From assembly GCA_014799595.1 (NCBI GenBank), contig JAAVHR010000022.1:1-60890 (forward strand): DNA of 60,890 nt, in the 5' to 3' direction. Both the position numbers and the translations under genes were made by a program. The notes beneath the pieces were generated by a model. The model saw only the letters and a program-made list of their open reading frames with translations, was not told the origin of the DNA and searched no databases. The stretch comes from Clostridiales bacterium (GTDB lineage Bacteria > Bacillota > Clostridia > Lachnospirales > Lachnospiraceae). Position 1 is the stretch's first letter. Every line of letters starts with the position of its first letter. Below, in pieces: positions 43,181 to 52,254 of this stretch.

Positions 43181-46100
43181 ATGATGAAAAAGCATTGGAA
43201 AGCGATAGGAAGCGGCATTGTTTGTGTTATGGTCTTACTGGCTGTTGTGTTTGGATTTTTAAAAACACATCCGTTAGTGCAAGATGAACAAAATAAAAAT
43301 GTCCAAGCCGCAGCATTGCCTAGCTATGATGCAAGAGATAACTATATTGTCTTGGAAATTGTGCCAGACTCATGCTATAAGCAGTTATGTTATCTTCAAG
43401 CAGGTAATGAACCGGTTGATATTTTTGAAGTCAGCAATGCAGGAGATGCAGATAAGATTGCAAAAGTAGCAGGAAACGGTGTACAGCTTGTAAATCAAAT
43501 AAATGGTGTACAATATGAACAACTGGAAGAAGTTTATGGTACAGACAAAATGGAGGAGAATTTTATTAAAACGGTATCTGGTGCTGGTGCTTATGCAAAA
43601 CAGACCAAATATGAATTACAAGATAAGAAAAATTTTCCAATTAACAAAAACCTTATTGAGGATAAATTTGCTGGTTTGATTCAAGACAAAGGTGTAGAGG
43701 ATATTCAGGTTATTAGTGTAACTTCTGATGACTTGAATGGTGCAAATATAGATAATGTGAAGGATTTAATTAAAGCTGCTGATGTGATTGTTATGAATCA
43801 GAGTTATGTGAAGGGGGCAGAATCAGAGCATGAGACCTTAGGGAGTTATGTGAAAAATTCCCAGGGTGGCAAGAGCTTTGTGGATAAGGATTTAAACTGG
43901 AATGTAGCAAAGGCTTTATTTACTAGAGTGAGTGATAAGAAAAATCCCGTGCCTATCATAATGGACAGCTCTATATATACAAATGCATTAGATAAGTCTA
44001 GTAAGACAGTAAAAACATATCAATATAAATTGAATCGTGAAGTAAAGTACGAAAATGGAAAATTTAATAATAGTTATCAAAAAGTTGGTAATAATGGTTT
44101 GTTTAATAAAACAGACTTTGAGGCTGGCAATAGCAAGGCATCTAACAATAATGCATATAAGTTGTTTTTAATGTCTATGTTTAGAGATCCAATTGAATTT
44201 TACAATATATTTATGGAAAGTGGTTTAATTGAATCAGGAGGAAAATACCAGTTACAAAGTGGTGATGCTAATAGTTATTGGAATACTTATACATTCTTAC
44301 CATGTACTGGTGATTTGGCAAGTGATAATGGAGTGTTTGAGCGTGCTGATGAGACTTATTGGAAAGACAGCATGGGAATTACTCTTGATTTGAATTCTAA
44401 GAATTACATAAATTGTAATATTGTTTCATGGGATACAAGCAGAGAATCATTTATTAGTGGAATTAACAATTCACAAAGTTTTAAGGATAGTGTAAAGAGT
44501 GGTTCAAAGGATTACACATTAGTGGAGCTTATAAAGCTATTGCAGGACTATACTCCAAAAGCAAATGTGGACGGTAAGGAATATAAAGTATTAGAGTTGC
44601 AACCTGCAAAGGGATATGATTTATCACCAGTCGTTATTGAGCGTATGATTCCTTATACCAGCTATTCTAATAACAGTACTATTAGTTTGAAGATTACAAA
44701 AATGACAACAGCAGAATTTATCGGAAGAACAGATGAATTGACTTCTTGTTATGATATGATTTACATTGGCAATAACACAAAGGGATTATGGCAGAAAGAT
44801 GGAAACACATATTATGGTGCAAACAATGATGATATGAATGGTGTAATTTATGCACATGTTGGTGCAAAGGTAAACTTTAATTATGGTTCACCATCAGATC
44901 ATTCATCTTCTGCTTATGGAAACTCCAATGGTTATGCACTTTTTAGAAAAGGAGATAGTGGAAGTTTACGTTATTCGGGAAATGATATTACAAATTTAAA
45001 GAAGAAGGATTTGGAAACTTATCTGACTACTGGTTTACCAATTGTTGTGGCAAGTGGTTTGTGTGAAGATGCAATGAAATCTTCACCAACATATTTTAAT
45101 TTCCCTGACAACAATAATATGCGGAATTTTCTTAAAGGAAACAAAGATGACCTGATGGATTTGCAGTTTAATTATCGTACGGCTTCTGCAAAGGACTTAG
45201 AACAACAGCTTTCCAGATTAACAAAGGCAAAGCCTAATTTAACAGTAACTAGGATTAGTGGTAGTGGAAGAGCAAGTGGTCCGGCTGGCTCTTATAGTGG
45301 AGATCACTTAAATAAAAATATGGAATTTACATTTTCAAGTACAACCAACAGACATCAACTTACCATTGATTACAAAATTGATGATGAAGGTGCAGGAGAT
45401 AATTATACCCTTGAATTATATGTAGATAAGAACGCAGATGGACGTTTTATTTCCACAGAGCGTGTGGGAAGAAGAGCAGCCAGATCTGGTGGGGTTACGC
45501 AAAGTTATGCCTTTAATGTGAATACAAACTATCGTGGTGCCCTTACATGGAAGCTGGTAGTTTACCCAAATAGCAATAAGACTTTGAAATGTTCACAGGA
45601 AGGATATGCCACCATCAAGTTTGATGATGTAGTAGGTGGAAAGAAAGTTAAGGTGCTTCAGGTACAGGCAGCCAATGCCACGCATGCAACAAGCTGGGGA
45701 GGAGAAAAGGCTCGTCAGGTACAACTTACAGATGCAGCATTTACAAATTTATTTGACCAGATACGTAACGATTATGATATTCAAATTGACTTGATTGATT
45801 TACAAGATTTTACTTATGGAGGTGGAATGTCAGGTGCAGGCTCAGACGATAATCATGGAAAATGGAAAGATTCCAGTGGCAATGTACATACCAGAGAAAC
45901 CTTGCAAACCGATTATCATATGATTATCTTTGGTTTTGCAGACAGTTATCGTGATTTAGAGTTTAATGATATTAAGATTGCAAAGGATGTTGATGATTAT
46001 ATTGCTGCAGGTAAGAGTGTACTTTTTACTCATGATTTGACTTCACAGATTAATAATGAAGATGTTATAAATGAAACGGGTGCTCACTTGGGATCCTTTA

Positions 46101-47299
46101 TGGAAACTACTAATGGAAAAGGATTTAATAAGTGGATGAGAGACAGAATGGGATTAAACCGTTTTGACCAGGATGTAAGAGTTGGTTCCAATAAAGCAAG
46201 TAAGGCCTATGATTCTATGACATCAGGAACAGATAAATATGGATTTACATATACCACATTGATGCAATATAGTAACTTTAGACGTGCCTGGCCGGAAAAT
46301 GTCAACAGTATTGCCAACGCTGTTAAGGATAAAGGTTTTTATGGTCCATACAATAATTTATTGTGTAATCTGTATACAGCAAACAGAGATTGGCCGGATA
46401 TTGGAAACGGATATCAAAGTAACCGTATCACGAATGTAAATAATGGGCAGATTACTTCTTATCCATTCGACTTATCTCAAGAAACTGGTGATATTACTTC
46501 AGATGGAAAATATAAAATTGCCCCAACCCATGGGCAGTATTACCAGCTTAACATGGAAGATGAGGAAATTGTCTGCTGGTATGCTCTGAGTGATGATAAT
46601 GGAGATGGAAAAGGCTGGTATACTACTTCACCAAATGATGTTTCTAACAACTATTATATCTATAATAAGGGAAATGTAACTTATTCTGGTGTAGGGCATT
46701 CAAAAACAGGAGAAATGACAGTTTTTGAAAGAAAGCTGTTTGTAAATACCATTGTAGCTGCTCTTCGTGCAGGAATTGAAGGACCTGGAGCAACAATTAC
46801 GAATGGATTTAATGTGCCTGAGAACGGAGAAGACTGTTTTGCTGTATATGCAGATGTGGATGCAGATTCTCTTGATACAGAATTTAACAGGAAAGAAGAT
46901 ATTGAGTTTTATGTTACTGATGATGGAACAAATAAAGATTGGGTTAATGTTGCCATTGAGTTGTATGATGAAGACGCTGGTGAATATAAAGAGATAAGAC
47001 CAAGTGATTTTGGAGGTAAATTAGAGATAAAGAGAGCAAATGGATCTGTTTTATCTGGTGAAAAGCAATGGCAAAGAACCGTGGGTGGTGTAACGACTAC
47101 GCATTATGGATATCAGATGGAGCGGACAGATGAATCTGCTGGTGAAGATAATATAAAAGGGTATATTTTGCGAATGTCAAGAGAATATGTAAAAGATCAG
47201 AGTTCCCAGAAGATTAGGATTGTGGTTTATGATGATGAAGGAGCTATGGGTTATACTAATGGAATTTTAATTCGCAGACCTTTATTTAAACTGGATTAA
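43181..47299 (+). CDS. 1372-aa N-terminally anchored extracytoplasmic protein of unknown function with three repeated Rossmann-like modules
   Basis: One N-terminal TM (IGSGIVCVMVLLAVVFGFL). Three module starts are YIVLEIVPD, YKVLELQPAKGY and VKVLQVQAANA. Each is followed by a hydrophobic D(V/M)I(V/Y/I) strand. The last module ends NKGNVTYSGVGHS...ERKLFVNTIVAAL. Confidence 0.8.
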   Translation: MMKKHWKAIGSGIVCVMVLLAVVFGFLKTHPLVQDEQNKNVQAAALPSYDARDNYIVLEIVPDSCYKQLCYLQAGNEPVDIFEVSNAGDADKIAKVAGNGVQLVNQINGVQYEQLEEVYGTDKMEENFIKTVSGAGAYAKQTKYELQDKKNFPINKNLIEDKFAGLIQDKGVEDIQVISVTSDDLNGANIDNVKDLIKAADVIVMNQSYVKGAESEHETLGSYVKNSQGGKSFVDKDLNWNVAKALFTRVSDKKNPVPIIMDSSIYTNALDKSSKTVKTYQYKLNREVKYENGKFNNSYQKVGNNGLFNKTDFEAGNSKASNNNAYKLFLMSMFRDPIEFYNIFMESGLIESGGKYQLQSGDANSYWNTYTFLPCTGDLASDNGVFERADETYWKDSMGITLDLNSKNYINCNIVSWDTSRESFISGINNSQSFKDSVKSGSKDYTLVELIKLLQDYTPKANVDGKEYKVLELQPAKGYDLSPVVIERMIPYTSYSNNSTISLKITKMTTAEFIGRTDELTSCYDMIYIGNNTKGLWQKDGNTYYGANNDDMNGVIYAHVGAKVNFNYGSPSDHSSSAYGNSNGYALFRKGDSGSLRYSGNDITNLKKKDLETYLTTGLPIVVASGLCEDAMKSSPTYFNFPDNNNMRNFLKGNKDDLMDLQFNYRTASAKDLEQQLSRLTKAKPNLTVTRISGSGRASGPAGSYSGDHLNKNMEFTFSSTTNRHQLTIDYKIDDEGAGDNYTLELYVDKNADGRFISTERVGRRAARSGGVTQSYAFNVNTNYRGALTWKLVVYPNSNKTLKCSQEGYATIKFDDVVGGKKVKVLQVQAANATHATSWGGEKARQVQLTDAAFTNLFDQIRNDYDIQIDLIDLQDFTYGGGMSGAGSDDNHGKWKDSSGNVHTRETLQTDYHMIIFGFADSYRDLEFNDIKIAKDVDDYIAAGKSVLFTHDLTSQINNEDVINETGAHLGSFMETTNGKGFNKWMRDRMGLNRFDQDVRVGSNKASKAYDSMTSGTDKYGFTYTTLMQYSNFRRAWPENVNSIANAVKDKGFYGPYNNLLCNLYTANRDWPDIGNGYQSNRITNVNNGQITSYPFDLSQETGDITSDGKYKIAPTHGQYYQLNMEDEEIVCWYALSDDNGDGKGWYTTSPNDVSNNYYIYNKGNVTYSGVGHSKTGEMTVFERKLFVNTIVAALRAGIEGPGATITNGFNVPENGEDCFAVYADVDADSLDTEFNRKEDIEFYVTDDGTNKDWVNVAIELYDEDAGEYKEIRPSDFGGKLEIKRANGSVLSGEKQWQRTVGGVTTTHYGYQMERTDESAGEDNIKGYILRMSREYVKDQSSQKIRIVVYDDEGAMGYTNGILIRRPLFKLD

Positions 47300-47503
47300 A
47301 AGATAGATTAATTATTCGTAATTTTGAATGGTTAAAGTTTAAATTGAAAACATGAAGAAACCCTTAGGGTAGTGTAATTAACAAGCTGCTCTGGGGGTTT
47401 TTGTATTTATGGTAGTGAATCCGGATGGGCTGGAGTTATAGTGGTGTCTTGTAAGCGGGAAAAATGGTAATACTTTATAATAGTATTGTAAAAAAACCCT
47501 TGT

Positions 47504-47532
47504 TTGACAAAGAAAGGTATACTTAGTATAAT
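47504..47532 (+). promoter_or_regulatory. Consensus sigma-A promoter
   Basis: TTGACA (47504-47509), a 17-nt spacer, then TATAAT (47527-47532). Confidence 0.7.
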
Positions 47533-47578
47533 GAAAGAAGTATGTCTTTTGGTTTATTTATCAGAGAGGAGTGGATAT

Positions 47579-48436
47579 ATGAAGTTTCTAAATCAATTAG
47601 AACGAAAATTTGGCAGATATGCAATTTCGGATTTGATGAAGTATGTACTGATCTTATATGGAGTAGGTACTGCTATCGGCTTTTTTGCACCAGCTTTGTA
47701 TTGGAGATATCTGTCATTGGATTTTTCTATGATTGCAAGAGGACAGATTTGGAGATTGGTTACATTTATTATGCAGCCTTATTCCATAAATGGGCAGCCT
47801 TTGAATATTATATTTTTTGCAATTGAAGTGTATTTATATCTTATGATTGGAAGAGGATTAGAGCAGGCATGGGGAAGATTCCGGTTTAACCTGTATTTTC
47901 TTAGTGGAATCCTTTTTAATATATTAGCAGGGTTAATGATTCATTTTGTTTTTCAAATGGTATATCCAGTAGGATTGACTTATATTTTGCAATCTATGTT
48001 TTTGGCATTTGCTGTTTTATATCCGGATATACAATTACTGCTTTGGTTTGTGATACCAGTTAAGATAAAGTGGCTGGGATATTTATATGGAATTATACTA
48101 GGGTATAACATTATTTCACAATTTCTTGAAGGAACCTCTACTGGATATGTATTGGGAATTGCTATACTTATTTCGGTAGCAAACTTTTTGTTATTTTTCC
48201 TATGGTCAAGAAAAAGTCAAATGATTTCCCCTGCACATGCCAGACGTAGAAGAGCAATGAAGAGGGCAGCCAGAGGAATGTCTAACTCATCTGGTGAGCC
48301 AAGACATAGATGTGCTATTTGTGGAAGAACGGAACAGGACAACCCAGACTTGCAATTTCGCTTTTGCTCAAAGTGTGAGGGAAATTATGAATACTGTAAC
48401 GACCATTTATTTACACATACTCATGTAAAAAGATAA
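47579..48436 (+). CDS. Polytopic membrane protein with a rhomboid-like WR motif but no obvious Ser/His dyad, plus a C-terminal zinc ribbon
   Basis: Has QIWRLVTF, 5-6 TM segments, a basic linker (ARRRRAMKRAARG), then CAICG...CSKCEG...C..H. ATG 47579 follows GAGAGGAG. Confidence 0.55.
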   Translation: MKFLNQLERKFGRYAISDLMKYVLILYGVGTAIGFFAPALYWRYLSLDFSMIARGQIWRLVTFIMQPYSINGQPLNIIFFAIEVYLYLMIGRGLEQAWGRFRFNLYFLSGILFNILAGLMIHFVFQMVYPVGLTYILQSMFLAFAVLYPDIQLLLWFVIPVKIKWLGYLYGIILGYNIISQFLEGTSTGYVLGIAILISVANFLLFFLWSRKSQMISPAHARRRRAMKRAARGMSNSSGEPRHRCAICGRTEQDNPDLQFRFCSKCEGNYEYCNDHLFTHTHVKR

Positions 48437-48523
48437 AGAAAAATCATAAAAAATACAAAAAATAATGGTACAGTTTATATTAAGAAAATATAATATCGTG
48501 TGTATACACAGAAGGAGGAGAAG

Positions 48524-51500
48524 ATGACACTTGTAAATATTCTCACAATGCTCTATTTAATATTGGTAGTTGTCTGTTATGTTGTTTTCATTCAGAACTC
48601 CAGTACCCAAGAGACAATGGGTGTAAAAAAGAAAATCAATTGGTTAAATTTAGGTATTTTATTGATGTTAGGATTGGTTGTCCGTTATATTCTGGCTTGT
48701 ATTGATTCTGGATATGAGGTTGACATGAATTGTTTTTCCTATTGGGCAGATATGGTGTATAGAGATGGATTTCGTAATTTTTATACTGCCGATGTATTTA
48801 CAGATTATCCGCCTGGATATATGTACATTTTATGGGTAGTGGGTGCAATTCGTAAAATGGTTCCAGCATTAGCTAGTTCTACCATTTTAGTAAAGATGCC
48901 AGCAATGCTTTGTGATTTAGTTACAGCAGGTTTAGTATATAAGATTGCTCATAAGCATTTTAATGAAATATCTTCTATTTTATTTGCTGGTTTTTACCTG
49001 TTTAATCCAGTTATTTTAATTGACTCCGCTATGTGGGGGCAGGTAGATTCTGTTTTTACTATGTTAGTTGCTTTTGTAGCATATTGTGTGGCAGAGAAGA
49101 AACTGACACGATCTTATTTTATTTTTGCGATTGCCGTATTAGTAAAACCACAAGCTCTTATTTTAACACCAATTCTTTTGTGTGGTATATTAGATCAAGT
49201 GATTTTTAATAACTTTAAATGGAAGCGTTTTTGGATAGAGTTAGGTATGGGACTTCTTGCCATTGCAATGATGGTGTTGCTGGCAGCACCGTATGGTGTG
49301 AAAGAAGTATGGAATCAATATCTGCATACTATGGGAGAGGAATATCCTAAGGCTACCGTAAACGCATATAACTTATGGGCAATGTTTGGTTTGAATTGGC
49401 ATGAACAGACAGAAGTAGGCTTGGGCTTGCGATATAGCACATGGGGAATGATATTTATTGTACTGATAGTTGCTGCATGTCTTACATTCTGTTATTTATG
49501 CCGTAAGAAGCAGAATGGAGAGAAGTATTTCTTTTATGGTGCATTTGTAGGATTAGGGTTCTTTACCCTTTCTGTACGTGTGCATGAAAGATATATGTTC
49601 CCTGTTTTAATTTTATTGCTCCTTGCTTATTTATATAAGCCAAGGAAGAATATATTATATGCTTTTCTTTTGCTGACCATTGTGGCAGCCAATAATGTAT
49701 GGCATGCTTTTAAATTCTATATTCCAGAAACTTTTGATTGGGAGGCAGTTTTCCCAAGGGTTATTGGACTATTTGAGGTATGTGTATTTGGCTTTGTAGT
49801 ATATCTGGGAATTAAATATTATATTTTGGAGAGAAATGAAGAAGAGACTTCAACTAATACAGGAAAAAAAGTGGAGAATATTGTTCCTGCTTTTCTTGTA
49901 CATCCTTCTGATGCACCAAAAGTATTTGCCAGTGATAAGAAGCAAAAATTCACAAAACAGGATTGGATTGCTGTACTTGCAATTACCATTATATATGGTG
50001 CCATTGCTTTATTTAATCTTGGAAATATGGACTCTCCAGAGACACATTGGGATTCTGAAACTATGTATGACCAATCTTTGGTATTTGATGTTTCTAATAA
50101 ACAAGGGAATATTACGGAGATAGAGTATTTTCTTGGTAACTATGAGAACCGCTCCTTTTCAGTACATCAAAGTGCAGATGGTGTAAACTGGTATTTAGTT
50201 AGTGTAAATGGTGGTGATACAGTTGCCCAGGGAGAAGAAGCGGCTAAGTTTACGATGGAGAGTGTATTCTGCTGGGGAAGCACAACCGTATCTATTACAG
50301 AGCCGTATGTGCGTTTTGTATGCAATTCAGATAGAACAGTAATCAATGAATTGGTATTCAGGGATGAGACAGGTAATGCTGTTGTTCCAGTGAATGCTTC
50401 TGAGTTTGAGGCACTTTTTGATGAACAGGATTTATGTCCAGAACTTAGTACATTCCGTGACAGCACTTATTTTGATGAGATCTATCATGCCAGAACAGCT
50501 TATGAGATGACAAATCCAGGAACTTATTGTTATGAAAATACACATCCGCCACTTGGTAAATTTATTATTTCTATTGGTATCCGTATTTTTGGTATGTGTC
50601 CATTTGGTTGGAGAATTATGGGAACCCTGTTTGGTATTGCAATGCTTCCATTTTTCTATTTATTTACCAAAAAGCTGTTCCGGGAAACTTGGATAGCAGC
50701 CATTACTACAGTATTATTTGCGGCTGATTTTATGCACTTTGCCCAGACACGTATTGCAACCATTGATGTGTATGTAACATTCTTTATTATTTTGATGTAT
50801 TATTTTATGTATCAATATACTAGAATGAGTTTCTATGATACACCATTGAAAAAAACATTTGTTCCGTTAATATGTTGTGGTATTTCTATGGGATTGGGAT
50901 GTGCCTGCAAATGGCCTGGTGTTTATGCTGGTATTGGACTTGCAATTTTATTCTTTGCTACTATGTTAAGAAGATATTTAGAATACCGTCATGCAAGTGG
51001 AAGTCCAAACAGTTCAACAAATGGTATTGGGCATAGTAAGATTTTAAGTTCTTTTCAAGGAAATTTGATTAAAACATTAGCATTTTGTATATTAGCATTT
51101 ATTGTAGTTCCAGTTATCATCTATACGGCATCCTATATTCCATTCAATGATGGAAACCAGATTGGTTTAATTAGTTATGTAACAGATACACAGCTTGCAG
51201 ATGATGGGGAACATACCATATCTAATATACCCCTTGACAATGGAGAAAACATTACTCTTGATACACGTTATACAAAAGTAGCATTAAAGAGTGAACTGGG
51301 AGATCCGGAATCTTTTACTGGCAAACTTGCAATTAAGTGGAATGGTTCTTCTTTTAACCGTTTGTTGGGACGAATGGTACGTAATCAGGAAACAATGTTT
51401 AGTTATCATTCTGACCTTGTAGCAGAGCATCCATTTTCTTCTTGGTGGTATGAGTGGCCATTAATGTTGCGTCCTATTTGGTACTATACTAAGACGATTA

Positions 51501-51931
51501 GCGGTAATGTGCAGGAAAATATTAGTGCTTTTGGTAATCCAATGGTTTGGTGGGCTGGCATTCCGGCGTTTGTTATTATGATTTATTTTGCATTGAGAGA
51601 GAAAGACAGGAAGAGCGGGTTCTTGTGTATTGGATATTTGGCACAGCTTGTACCATGGATGAATGTATCACGTATTACTTTTATTTATCATTATTTCCCG
51701 AGTGTACCATTTATTACCATTATGATTGGTTATACAATGTATCGTATAGTAACACTTAAGAAAGAAGAGGGATACCAAAAAACTGCGAAACGTGTTTGTG
51801 TTGCTTATGCAGTAGGAGCAGTATGTCTGTTTGTTCTGTTCTATCCAGTTTTGTCTGGTTATCCGTTTGATGCAAATTTTGTGGCAGAACATCTCCGTTG
51901 GTTAGACAGATGGCAATTGGTTTCTATGTAA
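48524..51931 (+). CDS. Fusion of two GT-C glycosyltransferase modules with a central beta-sandwich (discoidin/CBM-like) domain; the C-terminal half is PMT/GT39-like
   Basis: The N-terminal half has DMNCFSYWADMV...DYPPGYMYILW and many TM segments. The middle has NYENRSFSVHQSADGVNWYLVSV. The C-terminal half has FDEIYHARTAYEM...THPPLGKFIISIGIRIFG...FGWR and a 4-TM C-terminus. Confidence 0.8.
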   Translation: MTLVNILTMLYLILVVVCYVVFIQNSSTQETMGVKKKINWLNLGILLMLGLVVRYILACIDSGYEVDMNCFSYWADMVYRDGFRNFYTADVFTDYPPGYMYILWVVGAIRKMVPALASSTILVKMPAMLCDLVTAGLVYKIAHKHFNEISSILFAGFYLFNPVILIDSAMWGQVDSVFTMLVAFVAYCVAEKKLTRSYFIFAIAVLVKPQALILTPILLCGILDQVIFNNFKWKRFWIELGMGLLAIAMMVLLAAPYGVKEVWNQYLHTMGEEYPKATVNAYNLWAMFGLNWHEQTEVGLGLRYSTWGMIFIVLIVAACLTFCYLCRKKQNGEKYFFYGAFVGLGFFTLSVRVHERYMFPVLILLLLAYLYKPRKNILYAFLLLTIVAANNVWHAFKFYIPETFDWEAVFPRVIGLFEVCVFGFVVYLGIKYYILERNEEETSTNTGKKVENIVPAFLVHPSDAPKVFASDKKQKFTKQDWIAVLAITIIYGAIALFNLGNMDSPETHWDSETMYDQSLVFDVSNKQGNITEIEYFLGNYENRSFSVHQSADGVNWYLVSVNGGDTVAQGEEAAKFTMESVFCWGSTTVSITEPYVRFVCNSDRTVINELVFRDETGNAVVPVNASEFEALFDEQDLCPELSTFRDSTYFDEIYHARTAYEMTNPGTYCYENTHPPLGKFIISIGIRIFGMCPFGWRIMGTLFGIAMLPFFYLFTKKLFRETWIAAITTVLFAADFMHFAQTRIATIDVYVTFFIILMYYFMYQYTRMSFYDTPLKKTFVPLICCGISMGLGCACKWPGVYAGIGLAILFFATMLRRYLEYRHASGSPNSSTNGIGHSKILSSFQGNLIKTLAFCILAFIVVPVIIYTASYIPFNDGNQIGLISYVTDTQLADDGEHTISNIPLDNGENITLDTRYTKVALKSELGDPESFTGKLAIKWNGSSFNRLLGRMVRNQETMFSYHSDLVAEHPFSSWWYEWPLMLRPIWYYTKTISGNVQENISAFGNPMVWWAGIPAFVIMIYFALREKDRKSGFLCIGYLAQLVPWMNVSRITFIYHYFPSVPFITIMIGYTMYRIVTLKKEEGYQKTAKRVCVAYAVGAVCLFVLFYPVLSGYPFDANFVAEHLRWLDRWQLVSM

Positions 51932-51939
51932 GGAAATAG

Positions 51940-52234
51940 GTAACTATTCAGGTAGAAACACGCATTTACTGCGTGTTTCGTAAGAAAAATGAAAGTTGAT
52001 TGTTACGTGCTACGCACTCCCGCAATCACTAACTGTATTCGTATTCTGGGCTACCGCCCTACATACTCATACAGTTTAGCCAGCCAAATGTCTATATTTC
52101 TTTGCAAGCAAGCTTGCACGAAATATAGCCGTTTGTCAGGACTTTCATAGTAAATTTTGATTGTTCTAAGCCCTTCACTGAAGGTGAATTTTCATGGGCT
52201 TAGAACGTAACTGTTCATGGATCTGAACAGTTAC
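51940..52234 (+). mobile_element. Type-1 GTAAC-box mosaic element, full length
   Basis: A perfect 8-bp direct repeat GGAAATAG lies at 51932-51939 and 52235-52242. Confidence 0.9.
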
Positions 52235-52254
52235 GGAAATAGAAGGAGAGCATT

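Noticed and set aside
43284-43469. Short same-strand alternative-frame ORFs inside larger genes: 43284-43469, 46767-46997, 39395-39607, 34304-34498, 36371-36568, 47542-47826, 49836-50123, 51547-51759, 52856-53038 and 53952-54218
   Set aside because: They are fully embedded in longer ORFs with clear domain content, and they have no independent translation signals.
47356-47404. Rho-independent terminator after the 1372-aa gene (AAACCC...GGGGGTTTTT)
   Set aside because: Only about 6 bp of stem spans a loop of about 30 nt. The U-tract is suggestive but the hairpin is too weak to list as a feature.
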